NCBI GenBank assembly: GCA_001717005.1
Contig: MAGS01000019.1
Span: forward strand, 14,978 to 38,977
Length of the DNA stretch: 24,000 bases
From: Candidatus Methanomethylicus mesodigestus
GTDB lineage: Archaea; Thermoproteota; Methanomethylicia; Methanomethylicales; Methanomethylicaceae
Direction: 5' to 3'
A program made the translations under genes and the position numbers. Below the pieces are notes generated by a model. The model did no database searches. It saw only the letters and a program-made list of their open reading frames with translations, and was not told the origin of the DNA. Below, piece after piece: positions 19,171-24,000 of the stretch (its first letter is position 1; each line of letters begins with the position of its first letter).

Positions 19171-19643
19171 TGGGCCTCCGCAACTGGGCGCTAAGGAAGA
19201 GCCCTTGGATACTGCACTTCAACACGGGCTCCTGCAACGGCTGCGACATCGAGCTGGTCGCAACGCTCACCCCTCGATATGACATCGAGCGCTTCGGGAT
19301 GTACCTGCGCGGCAGCCCAAGGCACGCCGACATCCTGCTCGTGACCGGGCCCGTGACCAGGCAGGTCAGGGACCGCATCGTGAGGATATACAACCAGATG
19401 CCGTTCCCGAAGTCGGTCGTCGCGATCGGAAGCTGCTGCATGAGCGGCGGCGTATTCTCCAACTGCGGGAAGGGGCCCTGCTACAACGTGTATGCGGGGC
19501 TCGACCAGCTGATCCCTGTTAATGCATACATCCCCGGCTGCCCACCCAAGCCGGAGGCAATAATCGACGGGGTGGCAAAGCTTCTTGAGAGCATGAAGGC
19601 AACGAAGAGGAAGGAGGGCACACCCGATGAGCCGGCTCAGTGA
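19170..19643 (+). CDS. nuoB: NuoB-family / group 4 [NiFe] hydrogenase small subunit-like protein
   Basis: 'HFNTGSCNGCDIELVATLTPRYDIERFGM', 'VAIGSCCMSGGVF', 'IPGCPPKPEAIIDGV'. It has the hydrogenase-like CNGCD rather than the adjacent CC of typical NuoB. Confidence 0.88.
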   Translation: MGLRNWALRKSPWILHFNTGSCNGCDIELVATLTPRYDIERFGMYLRGSPRHADILLVTGPVTRQVRDRIVRIYNQMPFPKSVVAIGSCCMSGGVFSNCGKGPCYNVYAGLDQLIPVNAYIPGCPPKPEAIIDGVAKLLESMKATKRKEGTPDEPAQ

Positions 19644-20094
19644 TGATGAAATACTCGCCATGCTCGCCCAGAGCAAGGCGATACTGGACCTCAAGGTCAC
19701 CTCGCCGAGGCGCATTCTGGCGGTCGCCATGCCAGAGTGCTATAGGCGCGCAGTGGAGGCGATCGTCGGGATCGGCATCAGCCACGTCGTCGCGCTCACC
19801 GCGATCGACACGGAATCGGGCTTCGAGCTGCAGCTCCAGCTTGGCAGGGGCACGATCGTATCCCTGAAGGTAATTCTCCCCGCCGAGAGCCCCGAGCTGG
19901 CGACGGTGGCGGACCTGCTGCCCGGCGCGTCGGTCCACGAGCGCGAGGTCCACGACATCATGGGCATCAGCTTCAAGAACAGCCCGGACCAGTCGAGGCT
20001 GATACTGCCGGACGACTGGCCCGCAGGCGTCTATCCGCTCAGGAAGAGCTTCACCCCAACGGTGCCAGTTCCTGCCAAGGAGGTCAAGCAATGA
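19627..20094 (+). CDS. nuoC: NuoC/EchD-like 30-kDa subunit
   Basis: 'SVHEREVHDIMGISFKNSPDQSRLILPDDWPAGVYPLRKSF'. Confidence 0.88.
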   Translation: MSRLSDDEILAMLAQSKAILDLKVTSPRRILAVAMPECYRRAVEAIVGIGISHVVALTAIDTESGFELQLQLGRGTIVSLKVILPAESPELATVADLLPGASVHEREVHDIMGISFKNSPDQSRLILPDDWPAGVYPLRKSFTPTVPVPAKEVKQ

Positions 20095-21215
20095 GCTCCT
20101 ACGAGCGCCTCTTCGACATCCCGATCGGCCCCCAGCACCCCGCGCTGAAGGAGCCTGTCCTCCTGAACCTCAAGGTCGACGGGGAGCATGTCGTCGATGT
20201 GGGGGTCGACATCAGCTACAACCACCGCGGCATGGAGAAGGCGGCCGAATATAGGACTTACGTGCAGAACCTCTACCTGATAGAGCGCGTCTGCGGCATA
20301 TGCAACATCGCGCACACCCTGTCGTTCGGCACGGCGATCGAGGGCCTGCATGGAAAGCCCGCGCCCGAGCGGGCGAAGGTCCTCAGGGTCCTCGCGGAGG
20401 AGCTGGAGCGGATACAGAGCCATCTCCTATGGCTCGGCATCGCCGCCCACGAGATCGGCTTCGACACCCTCTTCATGTACGTCTGGCTAGACAGGGAGAT
20501 CTCGCTCGACATTATGGAGGCGTTCGCCGGCAACAGGATAACCTCCTCATACATATCGATCGGCGGCGTCAAGCGCGACATGACGCCAGAGATCGCCGGG
20601 AAGATGCTGAAGGGCATGGACAAGCTCGAGGGGCGGATGGCATACTACCGGAAGGCGATCTCGGAGGAGCGTACCGTGCTGAAGCGGACGCAGGGCGTGG
20701 GCCTGCTCGGCGCGGCAGACGTCGCCTCTCTCTCGGCAGTGGGCCCCTTTGCCAGGGCATCCGGCGTCGCAGTGGACGTCCGCGCGGACGACCCGTACGC
20801 CGCGCACGAGCTCGTCCCGATAAAGGTCGTGACGGGCGACGGCTGCGACGTCTTCACGAGGATTATGGTGAGGATAGACGAGGTCGTGGAGTCCATAAAC
20901 GCGATAAGGTTCTGCCTCGGCCACCTCCCGTCAGGGCCGATCCTGCAGCGCCTCCCCAGGCGGGTCCCGGCGGGAGACTTCCTCTCGAGGGTGGAGGCGC
21001 CCAGGGGCGAGCTGACCCACTTCGTCAGGTCCGACGGGAGCGACAAGCCGTACCGATACAAGATCAAGACGCCTACCTTCTCCAACATACCGTCGCTGGC
21101 TAAGATGCTCAAGTCCACCGGCAGGTATGTCGTGAACATAGCGGACGTGCCTGTGATACTCGCATCGATAGACCCGTGCTTCAGCTGCACTGCGAGGTTC
21201 GAGAGGATCGGATGA
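20091..21215 (+). CDS. nuoD: NuoD-family subunit with intact NiFe ligand motifs (group 4 hydrogenase large subunit-like)
   Basis: 'IGPQHPALKEP', 'DISYNHRGMEKAAEY', L1 'IERVCGICNIAHT', L2 'ASIDPCFSCTARFERIG*'; both CxxC pairs confirmed in the nucleotide sequence. Confidence 0.92.
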   Translation: MSSYERLFDIPIGPQHPALKEPVLLNLKVDGEHVVDVGVDISYNHRGMEKAAEYRTYVQNLYLIERVCGICNIAHTLSFGTAIEGLHGKPAPERAKVLRVLAEELERIQSHLLWLGIAAHEIGFDTLFMYVWLDREISLDIMEAFAGNRITSSYISIGGVKRDMTPEIAGKMLKGMDKLEGRMAYYRKAISEERTVLKRTQGVGLLGAADVASLSAVGPFARASGVAVDVRADDPYAAHELVPIKVVTGDGCDVFTRIMVRIDEVVESINAIRFCLGHLPSGPILQRLPRRVPAGDFLSRVEAPRGELTHFVRSDGSDKPYRYKIKTPTFSNIPSLAKMLKSTGRYVVNIADVPVILASIDPCFSCTARFERIG

Positions 21216-21230
21216 TATGGGGGCATCGCT

Positions 21231-22202
21231 ATGGATTGGGCTTTGGGTCTCGTCTCGCTTTTGGTCTTTCCGGGCTTCGCTCTGATGATAGCCCTCTCCT
21301 TCCTCTACGAATGGTATGACCGGAAGCTCTACGCCGGGATACAGATGAGGAGGGGGCCGCTCTACACCGGACCAATGGGGATCCTGCAGCCCTTCGCTGA
21401 CTTCATCAAGCTGATGTCCAAGGAGGACCTCACCCCAAGGCACGCCGACAGGAGGGTGTTCAACTCCGTCCCGGTGATCATGGTGGCCCTCATGCTGACT
21501 GCCCTTACGATGATCCCCGTCACCGGGGCATCGGGCCTGCTCTCATTCAGCGGCGACATAGTCTTCGCGATAGTCGCCATGACGTTCTTCTGCGTCCTCG
21601 TATTCCTTGCGGGATTCTCCTCGATGAGCAGGTACTCCATCATCGGGGCCGAGAGGGCTGTCCTGCAGCTCCTCGGGTTCGAGATCCCTCTGATGCTCTC
21701 TATGGTCGGGGCCTGCATATTCAGCGGGTCCGTCACGATCTCGGGCATAGTTGCCCAGCAGTCCGGTCTGTGGAACCTGATCGGCCCCCCGCTGCTCGGT
21801 TTCGCCATCTTCCTCATAGCGGCGCAGGCCGAGCTCGAGAGGGTCCCCTTCGACATGCCTGAGGCCGAGCAGGAGATCGTCGCCGGCTGGCTCACCGAGT
21901 ACTCCGGCAGGAAGCTCGCGCTCATACGGCTCGCCCGGAACCTCGAGCTCATCTTCATTGCAGGCCTCGCCGCGGCGCTCTACCTCGGCGGCCCGCTGGG
22001 GCCGTCTACCGACGCGCTCGCGCCCGTCCTCTTTCCTTTGTACTTCATCGCCAAGACCCTCTTCGTCATACTCCTCCTTGCCTTCATGAAGAGCATATTC
22101 GCGCGCGTCAGGATAGACCAGATGGTCTCATTCGCTTGGAGGTACCTGATCCCGCTCTCGCTGGTCCAGATCATGATCACCCTGATTTGGAGGGCGCTCT
22201 GA
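21231..22202 (+). CDS. nuoH: NuoH/FpoH-like membrane subunit
   Basis: 'RRGPLYTGPMGILQPFADFIKLMSKEDLTP' and 'AQAELERVPFDMPEAEQEIVAGWLTEYSG'. Confidence 0.94.
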   Translation: MDWALGLVSLLVFPGFALMIALSFLYEWYDRKLYAGIQMRRGPLYTGPMGILQPFADFIKLMSKEDLTPRHADRRVFNSVPVIMVALMLTALTMIPVTGASGLLSFSGDIVFAIVAMTFFCVLVFLAGFSSMSRYSIIGAERAVLQLLGFEIPLMLSMVGACIFSGSVTISGIVAQQSGLWNLIGPPLLGFAIFLIAAQAELERVPFDMPEAEQEIVAGWLTEYSGRKLALIRLARNLELIFIAGLAAALYLGGPLGPSTDALAPVLFPLYFIAKTLFVILLLAFMKSIFARVRIDQMVSFAWRYLIPLSLVQIMITLIWRAL

Positions 22203-22540
22203 TGTCGATCTATCGCGAGGCGTACCGCAGCCTCTTCGGCAAGAAGGCTACGCTGGGATACCCGTACCGCGACAGGGAGATGGTCCATCTGCCCGACGGA
22301 TTCAGGGGCAGGATGGCACTCAAGCGGGAGGCCTGCATCGGGTGCACGATCTGCGAGAAGGACTGCCCGAGCACCGCGATAACCATAATCGTCGACCAGA
22401 AGGGGAAGCGCCCTGTCTTTTACCTCGACAAGTGCATGTTCTGCGGGCAGTGCCAGGAGAGCTGCCCGACGAAGGCGATATCCTTCACGAAGGAGTTCGA
22501 GAACGCCGCCCTCAGCAGGGGCGTCATGGAGGTCCGCTGA
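22202..22540 (+). CDS. nuoI: NuoI/FpoI-like 2x[4Fe-4S] ferredoxin subunit
   Basis: CIGCTICEKDCP and CMFCGQCQESCP. ATG at 22202 overlaps the nuoH stop; the listed start at 22136 is upstream. Confidence 0.92.
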   Translation: MSIYREAYRSLFGKKATLGYPYRDREMVHLPDGFRGRMALKREACIGCTICEKDCPSTAITIIVDQKGKRPVFYLDKCMFCGQCQESCPTKAISFTKEFENAALSRGVMEVR

Positions 22541-22582
22541 CATGCGCGCCAACCTCTTCCCGCCATGCAGGAGGCTTCCGGC

Positions 22583-22828
22583 ATGACCGACGCCGTCAGC
22601 CTGACCGTAGCGGTGCTCATCGTCGCATTCGCGATCATGGCCGTTGAGATGCGCGACCTCGTCAGGATGGCCATTGCCTTCTCGATGATGAGCATAATGG
22701 TCGCCATCGCATTCTACGTGATGTGCTCGCCATATGTCTCCGCATTCCAGCTTGCGGTGAACGCGGGGGCGGTAACAGTGCTATTCCTTGCCCTGCTCCA
22801 TGTGATCAAGAAGAGGAGGCTCGATTGA
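22583..22828 (+). CDS. nuoJ: NuoJ N-terminal half / MbhD-like membrane subunit
   Basis: 81 aa 'MTDAVSLTVAVLIVAFAIMAVEMRDLVRMAIAFSMMSIMVAIAFYVMCSPYVSAFQLAVNAGAVTVLFLALLHVI'; AGGAGG upstream of ATG 22583. Confidence 0.7.
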   Translation: MTDAVSLTVAVLIVAFAIMAVEMRDLVRMAIAFSMMSIMVAIAFYVMCSPYVSAFQLAVNAGAVTVLFLALLHVIKKRRLD

Positions 22829-22829
22829 C

Positions 22830-23138
22830 ATGCGCAGGCTCGCCTTCAACATCGCAGTGATGGCTTCGCTGGCGCTGATAGCAGCCTTCTGCGCGTACGC
22901 GTTCCCATCAATCTTCTCGCTGGGCGGCCAATACTCCGGCGGCTCGTTCGAGTCGAGCCCGGGCTTCCTCTGGGACTACAGGGGCATCGATGTGATGGCG
23001 CAGGCCTTCATAGTCCTTGCCGCGACCGTCGCCATCTCCTCGATATTCAGGGAGCGCCAGAAACCCGGCTCCAGCGAGCGCAGCGTGGAGGAGGGCTCAC
23101 CCGAGGAGATCCCGCCGGGAGAGGAGGATGAACTCTGA
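22830..23138 (+). CDS. NuoJ C-terminal half / MbhE-like membrane subunit
   Basis: 'GFLWDYRGIDVMAQAFIVLAATVAISSIF' parallels the MbhE-like segment 'VYDYRGFDTLIETGVIYVGALVSVLAIGR' at 2594-3469; acidic C-terminal tail. Confidence 0.65.
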   Translation: MRRLAFNIAVMASLALIAAFCAYAFPSIFSLGGQYSGGSFESSPGFLWDYRGIDVMAQAFIVLAATVAISSIFRERQKPGSSERSVEEGSPEEIPPGEEDEL

Positions 23139-23440
23139 TGGCCGAGGCGTTCACCGCAGCCGCGCTCGCCCTCTTCCTGGTCGGGATGTACTGCATCATC
23201 CGGAAGAGGAACCTGATCAAGATCGTGGTAGGCATCGAGATAATGACCGCCGCGGTCAACCTCAACTTCATCTCCATGGCATGGAACGGCGAGGTCGCGG
23301 ACCCTCTGGCGGCCTCGATCGTGCTCATCAGCATCGCAATAGCCGCGGCCATCGCCGCATTTGCTCTCTCCCTAATAATCAAGGCGTTCAAGCACACCGG
23401 TAGCGTGGACTCCAGGAAGCTGCGGAGGCTCAGGTGGTAA
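23138..23440 (+). CDS. nuoK: NuoK/FpoK-like membrane subunit
   Basis: 'NLIKIVVGIEIMTAAVNLNFISMAW' and 'IVLISIAIAAAIAAFALSLIIKAF'. Confidence 0.9.
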   Translation: MAEAFTAAALALFLVGMYCIIRKRNLIKIVVGIEIMTAAVNLNFISMAWNGEVADPLAASIVLISIAIAAAIAAFALSLIIKAFKHTGSVDSRKLRRLRW

Positions 23441-23442
23441 CC

Positions 23443-24000
23443 ATGTCCCTCATTGAGCCGCTCCTCTATCCGCTCATCGGCGCTGTGGCGATAATAGCCA
23501 TCTCCTCCCTCGTAAGGGGGAAGGAGTTCCTGTACTGCCTCATAGCGGTGGCATCGCTCGTGGCATCCCTTGCAGGGCTGCTGCAGCTGTACCCCGCACT
23601 GCCCGCCTCCTTCACGCTCGACGGCTTCCTGCCACCCTACGGCGCGCAGCTATACCTCGACTCGTTCGGGGAATTCATGGCGCTGCTCTTCGTGGCGCTC
23701 GGCATATTCGCCGCCGCATACTCCTTCAAGTACATGGCCGATGAGGATGGCCTCGAGAAGTACTATGCGCTCATGCTCTTCATGGTTGCCGGCCTGATGG
23801 GCGTGGCCCTAGCCGGGGACCTCTTCACGCTCTTCGTCTTCTGGGAGCTCATGTGCATTGCATCGTATGCGCTGGTCTCCTTCAGGAACTACAGGTGGGA
23901 GCCAGTCGAGGCCGGCTTCAAGTACCTCGTCATGAGCACCATCGGATCGCTCGCGGCGCTCTACGGCATGTCATTCCTCTACGGCATCACTGGGACCCTC
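23443..24000 (+). CDS. NuoL/M/N-like antiporter subunit (3' truncated by window end)
   Basis: Open frame to window end, 'MSLIEPLLYPLIGAVAIIAIS...ALFVALGIFAAAYSFKYMADEDGLEKYYALMLFMVAGLMGVALAGDLFTLFVFWELMCIASYALVSF'-type sequence. Confidence 0.82.
   Translation, partial: MSLIEPLLYPLIGAVAIIAISSLVRGKEFLYCLIAVASLVASLAGLLQLYPALPASFTLDGFLPPYGAQLYLDSFGEFMALLFVALGIFAAAYSFKYMADEDGLEKYYALMLFMVAGLMGVALAGDLFTLFVFWELMCIASYALVSFRNYRWEPVEAGFKYLVMSTIGSLAALYGMSFLYGITGTL

Noticed and set aside
20300-21103. 267-aa Arg-rich plus-strand ORF
   Set aside because: Out-of-frame within the NuoD-like gene; composition (R/G/A/H-rich) is typical of a shifted frame in GC-rich DNA.

Overview
Dense archaeal bioenergetics locus (inferred from A-type ATP synthase genes, archaeal-type TATA boxes and ATGA-type gene overlaps). 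Four blocks: (1) about 1-8792 (+), a multisubunit Ehb/Mbh-type membrane-bound [NiFe] hydrogenase: Mrp-like antiporter module, three ferredoxin-like proteins with 16 [4Fe-4S] motifs in total, small and large hydrogenase subunits, NuoH-like anchor and EhbP-like protein. (2) 8824-16039 (+), A-type ATP synthase in the unusual order F-E-A-B-D-(unlisted 52-aa ORF)-K-I, continuing directly from the hydrogenase genes. (3) 16089-18152 (-), a convergent block trmI-atpH-atpC, i.e. two ATP synthase genes inverted behind a tRNA methyltransferase. (4) 18396-24000 (+), an acylphosphatase gene, then a promoter and a complex-I/Fpo-ordered gene set A-B-C-D-H-I-J(N)-J(C)-K-antiporter (cut by the window end). The most notable observation is that the 'NuoD' of block 4 has both complete CxxC pairs of a [NiFe] site (RVCGIC and DPCFSC), and its 'NuoB' has a hydrogenase-like CNGCD motif, in an operon that also carries a NuoA-like subunit. 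This looks like a hydrogenase/complex I intermediate. Second is a 52-aa ORF (13529-13687) that exactly fills the atpD-atpK gap and also contains a possible internal promoter for the c-subunit gene. No CRISPR array, transposon, tRNA or rRNA was recognised.
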